DNA from: Octopus bimaculoides
Taxonomy: Eukaryota
NCBI RefSeq assembly: GCF_001194135.2
Contig: NC_068982.1
Span: 181,113,271-181,177,270, forward strand
Direction: 5' to 3'
Length of the DNA stretch: 64,000 nucleotides
The position numbers and the translations under genes were made by a program. The notes beneath the pieces were generated by a model that did not search any database, was not told where the DNA came from, and saw only the letters and a list, made by a program, of their open reading frames with translations. This document shows positions 1 through 12,327 of the stretch, piece after piece. How positions within the stretch are numbered: position 1 is the stretch's first letter; the number at the start of each line of letters is the position of its first letter.

Positions 1-1049
1 TTTCCATTGTTTGATTTTCATTCACTTTGTTGATTTGTCACCCATAAAATGAGTGTTTTCTTTTGATCTGCAACGTTTTTAAGCGTTGGAAGTTAGTACA
101 AGTTTGTATTTAACTACTAATTCTTATCAAGAAACATCTTCATATTTCTACTGAACGATCAATAGAAATCCTAAAATTTATAAAATGCACAATCTAGAAC
201 TTAATAAAAACACAGAGTACCTACATGAAATATTATATTATTTAAATTTTATTTGATACCTCTCTATATTAGTACCCTGTTTCTAATCACTGTATCTTGT
301 TAAAAAGAAGCACATAGCCCTCATATCCCTAAAACTAACTGGAAATATACGACTATGTGCTTACAGTATAAACATCAACGCTATTGCGGATCGTGTTTAT
401 ATTCATTCTTTGATCATGAGTGTTTGGGGCTAAACGACAAAAACATTGTCTATTAGCAGTTAGTACGGATGTACATGTATGTAAATGTAATTACAAATGC
501 ATCCCTATTCAACGACTTGAAAATCGATAAGATTAAGATGTTATTTCAAATTTCAGGTGCGTTTGATTTAAAGAATTATTTAATTCCTTCTCACATTAAA
601 TTTATTCATCATATTTCACATAAAAATATATTGTTTATAAATCTCTTAATCAAGCGAGGTACTATGGTAACATACAAAGTAATTGAAGGTAGCGCAAAAA
701 AAGCGAGAACCAAAAGAATATATTTGAATCGGTGTGAACTCTGTCAAAACTTCCACACACAAGGTGGCCGTGTTAAACGACGAAACGGAATGAAAAACCT
801 AACGAAGGATAGAAACGTTATATTCCACAGAGTTCAACACAGCTTTAGTCAATCATATTTTGTGCATAAGATTTGAGTGTGACTTAGTCATTGACGCCCT
901 GGTATCACTTCACAAAACAAAAAGGTGCAACGTGAATTTCCTTACTACGCAGGTATTTCTGCATACTTTTGACAAATATCATGATATAACATCATAGTTT
1001 TTTTTAGTTAGCAGAATGCAAAATGTATAATGAAAAGGATATAGCACAT

Positions 1050-1436
1050 GTTGTTGTTGGCACTCCGTCGCTTACGACGTCCAGAGTTCCAGTTGATCCG
1101 ATCAACGGAACAGCCTGCTCGTGAAATTAACGTGCAAGTGGCTGAGCACTCCACAGACACGTGTACTCTTAACGTAGTTCTCGGTGATTTTCAGCGTGAC
1201 ACAGTGTGACAAGGCTGGCCCTTTGAATTACAGGCACAACAGAAAAAGGAAGTAAGAGTGTGAGAAAGTTGTGGTGAAAGAGTACAGGAAGGTTCGCCAC
1301 CATCCCCTGCCGACACCTCATGGAGCTTGATGTGTTTTCGCTCAATAAAGTCTCACAACGCCTGGTTTGGGAATTGAAACTGTGATCCTGTGACCGCGAG
1401 TCCACTGCCCTAACCACTAGGCCATTGCGTCTCCAC
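1050..1436 (-). mobile_element. tRNA-derived SINE, full length (octopus SINE family A)
   Basis: Minus strand begins GTGGAGACGCAATGGCCTAGTGGTTAGGGCAGTGGACTCGCGG with a Pol III A box (TGGCCTAGTGG, 1414-1424) and B box (GTTTCAATTCCC, 1369-1380), and ends in an (AAC)n tail. A second close copy lies at 10359-10690. Confidence 0.9.
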
Positions 1437-1879
1437 GATATAGTACATATGACGCACTTTTCATGAAGGGCAGTTATGCTATATATAAAAATAAGACAGT
1501 CTGGCCTAACAACCAGCGTTGTAATTACATCGACATTTTCTAGTCTTGCCATTCGCTTACGTGAATACATACACATAGAAACACACACACAAACACACAC
1601 ACACACATGTATATAACAATGAACAAAGACACATATATAACGATTTGATTGATTCAGTATTAGTTGTTCGAAGGCACATGGTAAAAGTAACCTTATATAA
1701 TGCACATTCTCAAAGCTCTAAATTCATATCAGCTCAAAACGAAAAGCTGCCTGCCTTGATTTCCAATAAAACATAGAGAAGAAAAATACCCATGCAAGCT
1801 AGATAAAATTCAATCTGAAATACTATGAAATTCTGTATTATAAGATGTGCAAATGATTTCACCATACAGCGTCATATAG

Positions 1880-2400
1880 AAGAACCTTCTGTTGTGTGAC
1901 AACTTTAACGATTTACGACCATTTTGCTATGAGCTTTCAGCTCTGAAGATTCATATCAATAAAATCAATAATATCCCTGATAAAACGGCTTTCAAAAATT
2001 TATTGAAAATATTAATCGAGAAATCGAGTGGCAAAAAACACACTGTTTATTACATTTACCAGAGTGTAAAATGCAACTACACTTATTTACGAACAGTAAA
2101 ACTAGTTCTCGGGTGCTCAAATGTAAATCCTCATTGAATACATGTACAGCATGTAATACTTCTCTAATGGAAAAAGTGTATTTATTAATATCTAATATTA
2201 ACATCCATTTCATTTCCCTTAAACCTGCAACTCTTATGAGAAAAGCATTATCGAAAACCACAAGGACAAAATATTGCACCATTATTCTTGTGGTAGCAAA
2301 AGAAATTGAGACAGAGTAATTTACACAAGTGAGATGACATCAATATAAAGAAATTTACCACGTCTTGAATACTACCTGAGAATGTTTATGGAAGGAAAAG
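1880..2400 (+). mobile_element. Possible highly decayed Penelope-like element (region around the GIY-YIG domain)
   Basis: Broken frames give Cys-containing segments (KCKSSLNTCTACN) and a FYTSE motif loosely like the YIGET of PLE endonucleases. Weak, by-eye similarity only. Confidence 0.25.
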
Positions 2401-2533
2401 GTGTCTTTTCCTACAAATGTTGCATAGTATCTAGGCAAAAGAAAACATAATCAATAATTTTACAAATTATAAATACTAATGTTTCTAACTGCAATGTAGA
2501 TTTTCTAAGCTCAAGGCCATTATAAATATAATC

Positions 2534-2535
2534 AA

Positions 2536-2566
<31 letters not shown>

Positions 2567-2582
2567 GTCATCATCATCGTCG

Positions 2583-2617
<35 letters not shown>

Positions 2618-2630
2618 GTCGTCGTCGTCG

Positions 2631-2667
<37 letters not shown>

Positions 2668-2676
2668 TATTTGTTG

Positions 2677-2770
<94 letters not shown>
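2534..2770. repeat. Compound trinucleotide microsatellite (ATC)n/(GTC)n/(ATT)n
   Basis: Directly visible. It forms the 3' tail side of the adjacent minus-strand Dong-like element and explains the poly-D/M/L ORFs. Confidence 0.97.
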
Positions 2771-2771
<1 letters not shown>

Positions 2772-4650
2772 TACTGTTAAATCCCTGAGACACACCCAGC
2801 AACCTAGGGCAAGTGATGTTACAGTATGGCTTAAAACATGGGGAGGGGAAGTAGCAAGATCAGTAGTGATATATCTTCATGTAATATAGCATATTCATTT
2901 AAATTAATAAGGTTTATCTAAGTGACTTTAGCAACACATGTCAGCACAATCTTTTGGAATTCTCTGAGATATGGTTCTCCTGCGATATTATCTAGATGTT
3001 TCTGACATCCCATTCTTACATACCACAACAACAGAAACAATTCTCACCTCTCATATTGATTTTTCTTCATCTGGAACTGTAAAGTGAATTATATGGCACT
3101 TTCTATTCTCTTTATCTACAAGTAATAACGCAGGCATTCCAGCTTCTATTACTCAATTAGTCTGAATGTTAAAGTCCCACATCTTATATTTCTTACTTTC
3201 TTGTATTTTACAAGGTTCATGTGCACACCACTTATTAGTATGTTCAAATCCTAGGTTTCTACATAACTCCCAGTTAGGTTGTCATGTCTTTTCTTGTATT
3301 CTTTCTGTGCCAGCATGCTACATTCACTTATATGAGTAACGATTTCCTCTTTTGCATAGCCTGCATTGGGAATTTACTTGGTTTATGTCTATGTTGCTTT
3401 CTTTTATCCAATTAGTCCTTAATGCTTGATCTTAGGCTTCTATTAACAAACTTTCTGTTCCCTTTTCAACCTTCGTTTTTGCAAGAATAACCATGCCTCA
3501 CTAATACTATTTCCTGCAAGTAAATTTGGGGATCTATCATGCAACACCTTCTACTACCAGTCGGATAACTTGTTTTCTTCATTCTGGTTTTGAACTTTGT
3601 TTGTTTTGTTTTTTCGTTTCCTTAGTCTTGCTGTCACTCTAGCAGCTTTTAATAAGCTTTTTCAATGTTACCTATACAGGAGCCTATTTCTACTCTAGAT
3701 AATCCACGCACTCTTCTGCTGATATAGTGAGGTCGAAATAATCGAGTGGCCCCCTCCCCCAAGATTTCGGGCCTTGTACCTAGACTAGAAAAGGATATTA
3801 AGTTTCCCTAAGAGTGTACCTCCAGAGTAGACATTTACTTTCAATTTCTTCATGCTACAACTAATTAAATCTCTTATGCTGTCTGCTATAGTGGTTATAC
3901 TCAAACATTCACTTATCCATGAGTGTGACATTATGTCATAGGCTTTCTCATAGTCTTTCTGTGCTATTGTTACAATTTTCTTTCTAGGTTTTACCTCAAT
4001 CAGAACTATTTTCTTTATATATAAGACATAACGCCTTCCTCTAGCGTTCTTCCAGCAGCCTTTATATTCTTCTGACAGTAAATTTTGGTTGCCAAGGTGC
4101 TCGTAAATGCTTTGTGAAAGCATTCCTGTTAACAACCTCCACACTAATGGGTAAGCAAGCGATTGGTCTAAGATTGCTTCCTGTACTAGAATTGTTTCTA
4201 CCTTTCATAAGGAGTATTATCTTCCATCTAGTCCCCCAATCTTGAATTATTCATCCATTAAGGTAATCGTGGACTTGTTCCCTCAGCCTCTAATGTAAAC
4301 TACTGAATTTCGTTGGCCAGTACCCTTGAACTAAATCCGGTCCTGAACCCTTCAAATTCGGCAATTTGTTAATAACAGTTTTCTACAGCCCCTTCCTTTA
4401 GGATCACACTCTCTATCCTTTTTTCTTCGCGGGTCCACTTTCTCCTTCTTACTCACTTATCTCCTGATGCTGTATTTGGATAACAGTTGTGGTTACTCCG
4501 AATCTCTACTGAAACAATGTTGAGCGGGAGGCCTTCCCTTAAAGTTCCAGATTCATTTTCTCTGTTACAGTAAGTGGTTCTACGGAAACTCCAGTCTCTC
4601 ATAAACTGAAGTTAACTTTCATTACCAACGTCATCATCACTATTATTTTT
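2771..4650 (-). mobile_element. Degenerate R4/Dong-clade (RLE) non-LTR retrotransposon, internally deleted
   Basis: ORF 3785-4144 (WRLLTGMLSQSIYEHL...DYEKAYDIMSHSWI) and GPDLVQGYW near 4320-4350 match R4/Dong RT motifs. The 3000-3300 segment gives RLE-like KMWDFNIQT...LVDKENRKCHII, and the 3' end runs into the (AAT)n tail. Many stops and frameshifts. Confidence 0.85.
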
Positions 4651-5301
4651 GGACATCTGCAAGTATCAAGCAACTTTCTGTTGCATCATTTCTTGTACCT
4701 TATTGCTGCTGACTTGGTATAACGTGTGTTTTTATCTGAGTGGTGGATATTGTATTGCATCAGTCTGATTCGTTTGCAGGATTTGGTTTGAGTCTTCTGT
4801 TGCATTAATTTTTGTATTGTGTGTTGCTTGTGCCGCACTAGTTGTGTTCTTCCGTTGGGTATCGGACTTCTATAGCCCTTGCTATGGGCTTTGTTAAATT
4901 TGTTGCGTGTTTACTGTCTGACCTTATTCCTGAATGTCTTTGGAGGACAGTTATCTGTCCATCGTTCTCTCTTTTTGGTTACTTTTGTTATGGGACCTTC
5001 TTTACGGCGTTTGCGTTTTTTGACAGAACACCGTCTATAGACATGTGTCGATCTTTCTCTCGTATTTATAATTATCATTGATGTATAAGCAAGCGACTGA
5101 GACGAAACGGCAAAGTGCATGTATAAGAAATCTTGAATAAATATGGATAAAATTCAAAATGAATAATTTTACTCTCTGGTTGGATGTTTTCGTATGGAAA
5201 TATTACAGTCCACTTACATCTTCACGCAAGTGTTACTGTGGCGGAGCACCAGAGCGAAGTTATTTTGTATCTATATATGTATATAGAGAGAGATGTATAT
5301 G

Positions 5302-5334
<33 letters not shown>

Positions 5335-5875
5335 NNNNNNNNNNNNNNNNNNNNNNNNNNNNNNNNNNNNNNNNNNNNNNNNNNNNNNNNNNNNNNNNNN
5401 NNNNNNNNNNNNNNNNNNNNNNNNNNNNNNNNNNNNNNNNNNNNNNNNNNNNNNNNNNNNNNNNNNNNNNNNNNNNNNNNNNNNNNNNNNNNNNNNNNNN
5501 NNNNNNNNNNNNNNNNNNNNNNNNNNNNNNNNNNNNNNNNNNNNNNNNNNNNNNNNNNNNNNNNNNNNNNNNNNNNNNNNNNNNNNNNNNNNNNNNNNNN
5601 NNNNNNNNNNNNNNNNNNNNNNNNNNNNNNNNNNNNNNNNNNNNNNNNNNNNNNNNNNNNNNNNNNNNNNNNNNNNNNNNNNNNNNNNNNNNNNNNNNNN
5701 NNNNNNNNNNNNNNNNNNNNNNNNNNNNNNNNNNNNNNNNNNNNNNNNNNNNNNNNNNNNNNNNNNNNNNNNNNNNNNNNNNNNNNNNNNNNNNNNNNNN
5801 NNNNNNNNNNNNNNNNNNNNNNNNNNNNNNNNNNNNNNNNNNNNNNNNNNNNNNNNNNNNNNNNNNNNNNNNNNN
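5335..5875. other. Assembly gap (N run)
   Basis: N run following a (TA)n microsatellite. Other gaps: 15076-15085, 17540-17616, 22990-23856, 27064-27073, 32851-32921, 38821-39121, 42341-42962, 46648-47148, 54026-54120. Confidence 1.
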
Positions 5876-5983
5876 ACCTGCCTTTAGTTAATTTAGTACG
5901 ATCGTTTCACAGCTGAAGATCAGAATAGAGTATTATTTACTCTTAACTGTGAAACGATCGTACTAAATTAACTAAAAGCAGGT
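5876..5983. repeat. Near-perfect inverted repeat (37-bp arms, 34-nt spacer) with hammerhead-like core
   Basis: Arm 5876-5912 matches the reverse complement of 5947-5983 at 36/37 positions. The plus strand reads CTGAAGA (5913-5919)...GAAAC-GATC-GTA (5951-5962). Confidence 0.85.
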
Positions 5984-6184
5984 GTTTTTTTTTTACTCTT
6001 CTCTACTGTTTTTTGTTCTGTGTGTATCAAAAATATCGCTATCAATCTAGAGTAATAATTTGTAGTTTTGAAATCAGTAGTTCTTTGACTGCTATTTCTG
6101 AATTCTCAGTATGTTGGGGAAGCAGGTTACTGTCAATCCCTATATATTTATGTTTATATATATATATATATATATACATACACT

Positions 6185-6385
6185 CCAGGTAAGAAAAATC
6201 TTTCAGTTTCCTGAGTTGGTTTACATTAAAACATAGTTTTCTTTCGTTGTTTTTGTGGATTCTGAATTCCTACTTCTTGATGGTTTCAGATATGATCAAT
6301 AATTTCGGCAGCTCGCTGCCAACACGTGCATGGTTTCTGCATTCGCTGCGGTATCCTGGGAGACTTGCTGTGGTATTCCTAAGTA
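6185..6385 (-). mobile_element. Probable N-terminal fragment of an R4/Dong-like element
   Basis: Minus strand GGATACCGCAGCGAATGCAG restores to GYR(Q)RMQ with one indel, resembling the GYRQRM motif in the 61-kb copy. Confidence 0.4.
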
Positions 6386-6400
6386 TTATTATTATTATTG

Positions 6401-6633
6401 TTCAGTAGTTTTATTTTTATAACGTGCTTTCACTTCACTACCGAGCGCATCTCTGTGTGCCTTGGGTATGTGCTGTGGTTTGCTGTGGTGCTCTTATGGT
6501 TACTGTATTGAAAGTGTTTTGCGTAGGATGTGTGCAGTGCCCAGTAGTGCAATTTTCTGTATGTTATATATATTTGTAAGTCCTGGTGTCTTTGTTATGT
6601 ATTTCTTTTCGTTATGTATTTGTCTTTGTTATG

Positions 6634-6635
<2 letters not shown>
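6401..6635 (-). mobile_element. 3' end of an R4/Dong-clade LINE embedded in (ATT)n
   Basis: Minus translation ...TKTPGLTNIYNIQKIALLGTAHILRKTLSIQ* is the typical R4/Dong C-terminus. It is followed by a 3' UTR and an (AAT)n tail, with ATT repeats on both sides. Shorter copies at 29105-29152 and 54292-54400. Confidence 0.9.
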
Positions 6636-6696
<61 letters not shown>

Positions 6697-7429
6697 TGCA
6701 CATCATCATTGGTGACAAGCGAGAAACATTGAAATCAAATTGTATTTTGTTTTTATAAGAAACGCTTGAAACTTTATAGTAAATAATTCATACATAAATC
6801 AAAATATGAACCATTTCATTTTGTTTTTATGGATGTGTATGTATTTAAGTGAGATAAAATATGCTGACAGGCCCAAGGAGAAGTATCCATCTGTACGTTT
6901 CTAAACACGAACCCAATTTTTTAAACATTCGTTGCCTTTCAATGCATGTTGCTGACACTCTGCCATAGCTAATAAGTGAAAGACCTGGCAATTTAAAAGC
7001 AAAAACAAAAAAAAAACAAAAAATTAATACATTTCACTAATCTATTTTGACGTTTACTCATATCATTAAACGTTGAAAATGAGGAGAAAATTGAAGTGAC
7101 TGATAAATGAATACGATGAAAATACAATAGCAATAACAACGTTAACGCTTAAAACTAAATAAACACATCGTGAATCAAGATCATTGCCAACTCTTTGAGT
7201 TGATATCAGCAAAAAGAAAAAAAATCAGTGGCCAAGGCGTAAATAAATATAAAATCAAAGCAATATTTGAAATTGTAAGAATGACAACAATAACAAGAGG
7301 AGCACCATAAACGTCAGCATCATAAAATCTTAATGCGTAATTGTATAGAGAAAATTACCTCTATTATTTTCTCTCTTACCTTCATTTCCATAGTTAAAAA
7401 TAAATAGATTTCCACAAAATCATAGAATT

Positions 7430-7870
7430 CATTGATTTTTGAATCGTGCCATTCGAAAGCGTCTAGAAAGGAAATTGCGCCGATCGAATTGTCAAATCTT
7501 TCAAATAATAGTGAATTGCAGGTGAGTGTATCTTATCCATTGTGAAGCATCGCTAGGTTTTTATTGACTTTGCACAAGTCCATTAATTTAATTTACTAAT
7601 ATATAACATCTCCTGATGTATTTATCAATATATAGTCTAGTGAAAAAGCAAAGAGTGATCGGTACATAGACGATAATCAACCGACGATTTTCATCAATGA
7701 ACTCAATTTAATAAAACGATAGCAATCTTCCCACTTTGCTTTAGCACGTCTATCTTATCAGTTTTCCCACAAAACTTTAAATTCAATAGCGTTGAAAGTA
7801 TGTCGATAGAAATAAGGGAGACGACTACACTTTTACTCCTTGATGTCATAATCATAAAAATGTTGTGATA
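7430..7870 (+). mobile_element. Decayed Penelope-like reverse transcriptase fragment
   Basis: Broken frames give AIRKRLE...QIIVNC, RYIDD (about 7660-7675) and FKFNSVESMSIEIRETTTLLLLDVII, in the order of PLE RT motifs (RYIDDIF...FTMEXE...LPFLDV). Confidence 0.6.
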
Positions 7871-8844
7871 TTGACAGAATAATTGGTATTTTAATTCCAC
7901 TCACTGATGGCAAAATTATTTCAGTTAGAAAATATCATAAAAGCATAATCGTTGTAATAGATTTTATTTGGAATTGCTTGTACTACGTTGAATATGACCA
8001 TACCCTCATTTCACGTTCACGTTGCTACTATCTTTTTTTTAAATTACAAGCATTTCAATGAATTTCATGTAGGTCTTAGCAATTTACAATAATCACAGTT
8101 TAACAAAGTTTTGTTGTTGATTTTGTTTTGGTGCATAGCTCTATGTAAAACGAGCTAATAATTTTAAACATTCGTATAATTAACTTCACATTTATGGATC
8201 AGAAAACAGTCACCTAAATGGGGTGGATCTGGCGCCACAAGTGAAATTTCGTCTTTGAACATATAGTTTGTGTAATACGTCTGGTCATAGGTCACATTAC
8301 AATTGATTCTCATTGATATTAACATAAACACTTAGTTACTATTTTCCTTGGTTTGCTCGGTGTCAACTATGATGAAGAAGAGCCATGATATAACGCGTAT
8401 CTGTTGAGCAACCTTATATTATTCTTTCAAACATAATGCCATATACATGACTATAATATTGAATATGTCCTTCATGAGGCGCATCTAAGTTACGTGCATC
8501 ACGTACATTATAATGTGCGTCATATGCACACCATTACGTGTATCGTATGTACATCATAACGTGATGTAAATCTAATGTATTTATATGCATTGGTAGTTAC
8601 AAATTTATTTATATCAAGTAAGCACCTCTGAGGTCCTGAGAAACTTTTCATTTAATATGATTCTTAAATTCATATTTTATATGGCTATGATAAAAGCATT
8701 TCCTACCTTTACAGCCAGCTAAAAATTGATAAATCTCTGAAAGGAATTGGTAGAATGATGTCAGCTTATTAAAATGTAATTCACTTTTACGAAGCAATAT
8801 GCTTCTAATACTTGGGCGGCGATCTGGAAGAATTGTTTGTATGT

Positions 8845-8955
8845 TGGGCAAATGCTTAACAGCATTTCGTTCTTTTTAGCTCTGAGTTCAAATGCCGCTG
8901 AGATCGATTTTGGTTTTCATCTTTTGGCAGTCGATTTGGTTTTCATCCTTTCGCA
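8845..8955 (+). mobile_element. Partial SINE family B with a small internal duplication
   Basis: GCAAATGCTTAACAGCATTTCG...CTGAGTTCAAATGCCGCTGAGATCGATTTTGGTTTTCATC aligns to 12130-12210. The segment TCGATTT(T)GGTTTTCATC occurs twice. Confidence 0.75.
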
Positions 8956-10358
8956 GCATATGTTTGCTTTTGTATAAAATTCAGTACGAAAGACCTAAGC
9001 TGCGTTGAGCTGCATTGAGGCAGCGATATCATTTCTTGTCGTATTCGATCGATAAACGAACAGATTTAAATTGCTTTTTTTTTTTGGAATGATTTTTTTT
9101 TTAGAACAGAATGCACTAAGTGGAGCAGGTGCACACACGGGGAAAAAAGTGTCAATGAAGGGGTTACACATGTGTGACGAAATATTTCTGGACAACGGAC
9201 GTGAGTTAAAATAAGAACAGCAATAAATGAGTGAAGAACGAATGTAGTGTGCGTGTGTTTAATTGGCAAGAAATAAAGTGACCGTCCCGAAATACAATGA
9301 TATCTGTTTCGACACACGGTTTCAAATCAAGAAACTTGCAACCCAAATTCATAAACGTAAAGGTTTTATTTAAGTTCTAATAAAAAAAATTTTAACATGT
9401 TACAGTCTAAATTTTGGCCCTGTTTTGATGACGGGTTACTAATATTTGCTATAGATAACTAGGTTATGAGAGAATGCACACTAATATCATATACAGTTAC
9501 CGACAAACTGGTTCGGAAAAAAAGTCACAATAACAACAATTACAGCTGCCATTATATCATTAGCAGTAACAAACGGGCAACATCAGGAAAAAATATTACC
9601 AACACAATAGCAAGAAGAAGATTCAGAACAACTATAGTGTCTACTACATGAACATCAATCATTCTGCTTAATCTTAGTGTTGCCTGATAAGAAAACACTG
9701 AGTTAATATAGCTTGTACATATATTCAGCTATGAGAAGAGATGAATTGAAAATATAGCAAATTCTACTCGAATACAAAAACATTGATTTCCGATTCAAAT
9801 GACATCAGCATTTTGATGATGTCAATTGTTCCCACGCTTCGAATAAATTTCGGGAAAATTCCCTAGTCAAAAACGTTTGAAGGACGCTTCAGGCGTTCCC
9901 AGAGCAATCAATCTTAGACTCGTTAAAACATCGCCGAATAAAAGTGGTACAATTCGTGACAAACTCGCGGGGAATATGACACTTGAACACTTTGTCAATG
10001 TGAAGGAAAGTAGTGTGTTTGGTTATGTTAGTATGAGTGTCATGAAATATGAGGAAACCAACGCCGTTAGATGGAAGGAGGTGAAGGCGGTGCATAGTGG
10101 ATACAAAGAATCAGCAATAGCAATTAAACTCCTACAGTACAATCATCATCATCAGCTGTAGATCAGAAGTAGATCAGTAGCAACAAAGCAACAGCAACGT
10201 CAGAAGCAAAACTACTTTATGAAACAAGAAAGAATATCTATAACAACAAGAACCAGAACAGCTTAAGCAATCCGAACACAACATAACACATAACATTACT
10301 CGCTTTAGGTAACTCAGTCATATCATATCCTGTAACGGAGATGACAACAATCCAAATA

Positions 10359-10690
10359 GTTGTTGTTGGCACTCTGTCGCTTACGACGTCGAGGGTTCCA
10401 GTTGATCCGATCAACGGAATAGCCTGCTCGTGAAATTAACGTGCAAGTGGCTGAGCACTCCACAGACACGTGTGCCTTTAACGTAGTTCTCGGGGAGATT
10501 CAGCGTGACAAGGCTGACCGTTTTAATTACAGGCACAACAGAAACAGAAAGAAAGAGTGAGAGAAAGTTGTGGTGAAAGAGTACAGCAGTGTTCTCCACC
10601 ATCCCCTGCCGGAGCCTCGTTTAGCTTTAGGTGTTTTCGCTCAATAAACACTCACAACGCCCGGTCTGGGAATCGAAACTCGACCATCGC
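10359..10690 (-). mobile_element. SINE family A copy, truncated at the B box
   Basis: Colinear with 1050-1380, including GATCCGATCAACGGAA...GCTCGTGAAATTAACGTGCAAGTGGCTGAGCACTCCACAGACACG. The A box half is missing. Confidence 0.9.
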
Positions 10691-11348
10691 TACTTGGCAG
10701 CAACCTTAAAATCAATCGATTTTGAACCCGCTTTCGGTGACATGATTGCAGCAATGCACACTGGCACATGCTCTGTAGTAAGAGTAAGCGCCCATCTCTC
10801 AGTACAAGTTCATATCTTGCGCTCGATCCCTCAATGGTGTCTTCTCTGCTCTCTCCAGCTTCTTCTGGTGCCAGAAACAATATGAAGTGTTGTTTCTTCC
10901 CCATCACCACATATTATACCGATATTGAAGTTTTTTTTGTTTTCATTATGTGTTTTTCGTGTTTTCTGGAGAAGTTTTGATCTTGTATCGCAGATAAAAT
11001 CCCTTCAAGCACCGCTTTGAAATGAAAACCTCTCAGCCACTGTTGGGATTTAACTTCTCACCTTTTTATTATTGCATTTTGTAGTTGCAGTTTAAGCTTA
11101 GATTTCTATTGCTTTATACATTTTCATTATTGTTTCCTTTTTCTCTATACTGTGAATTCCTCGTATTATTTGGCTTCTTTTATGGCTATTTGTAATAGTT
11201 TTCCTTGATTCTGTCTTAGATATTTCTGTAGTCCTATGATGGGTATGGTATAACAGTTTTCTCGTTGTATACATAACCTTTCTCTGTCAAATGCTGGGTG
11301 GTAAGCCGCTACCCACATAAATCCTACCAAGACTAATCCAAACTAAAA

Positions 11349-11478
<130 letters not shown>

Positions 11479-12095
11479 GATAAGAGAAATGCATTCAGTG
11501 CTTATTTTTTTGCACAAATATATTATTGCACATTTTGACATTTAGAATGAATGTCACAATGATGTTACTTATGTTGGTGAACGTGAACCGAAGCAAGAAA
11601 TAATAAAACCACGAGGCATGTTTGGAATTAATGAGGAAATAGCAAATATAACGCTGTATGTCGTGGAAATGTAGAAAAATAAATTCGCAGATTAAGGACA
11701 ATGTTTACTCTTGAATATGTCCACAAGAAACTTTAAAATAGCAACGATGATACTTTATGTAAAGTAAATATACTACTGAATGGATATAGCCTGAAATCTT
11801 GTATGAATGTATTTGTATCTTCGCTTCACTTATTCCTTCATAGGTCAACCTTTAATATTCACTTCTCTGACATTTGTTATATTAATTTGAGAAAGTGGTT
11901 TGTCTTTTTGAGATAGTCGGTGTAATTTAACATGTGATATTTCACATTGTTGATATAAATTACGTTTACTTAGCAGTAGACTTATAGACGCATCTCAGAA
12001 ATGGAAAGTGTCTATATGAAAATATTGAAAATAGAGACACAGTGGAACGGTTGATCGAAATCTTTAAGCTAAGCAGTCTGTACGTACACAGAGAA

Positions 12096-12327
12096 AGGCG
12101 GCGAGCTGGCAGAAACGTTAGCACACCGGGCGAAATGCTTAGCGGTATTTCGTCTGCCGCTATGTTCTGAGTTCAAATTCTGCCGAGGTCGACTTTGCCT
12201 TTCATCCTTTCGGGGTCGATTAAATAAGTACCAGTTACGCACTGGGGTCGGTATAATCGACTTAATCCGTTTGTCTGTCCTTGTTTGTCCCCTCTGTGTG
12301 TAGCCCCTTGTGGGTAGTAAAGAAATA
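12096..12327 (+). mobile_element. tRNA-derived SINE, family B, near full length
   Basis: Head GGCGGCGAGCTGGCAGAAACGTTAGC (A-box-like), B box GTTCAAATTC at 12171-12180, body GCCTTTCATCCTTTCGGGGTCGATTAAATAAGTACCAG, and an A-rich end. Confidence 0.88.

Noticed and set aside
469-876. 135-aa ORF
   Set aside because: AT-rich, low-information N-terminus, with no recognisable domain or splice support.
7381-7530. Apparent exon: minus-strand open frame (CNSLLFERFDNSIGAISFLDAFEWHD...) with a GTAAGA donor, and a plus-strand CAG|GTGAGT donor
   Set aside because: The plus strand fits a decayed Penelope RT (AIRKRLE...RYIDD...LDVI) better, and the acceptors are poor.
12096-12180. tRNA-like A and B boxes (also at 1369-1424)
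   Set aside because: These are SINE heads with no complete cloverleaf, so they are not tRNA genes.
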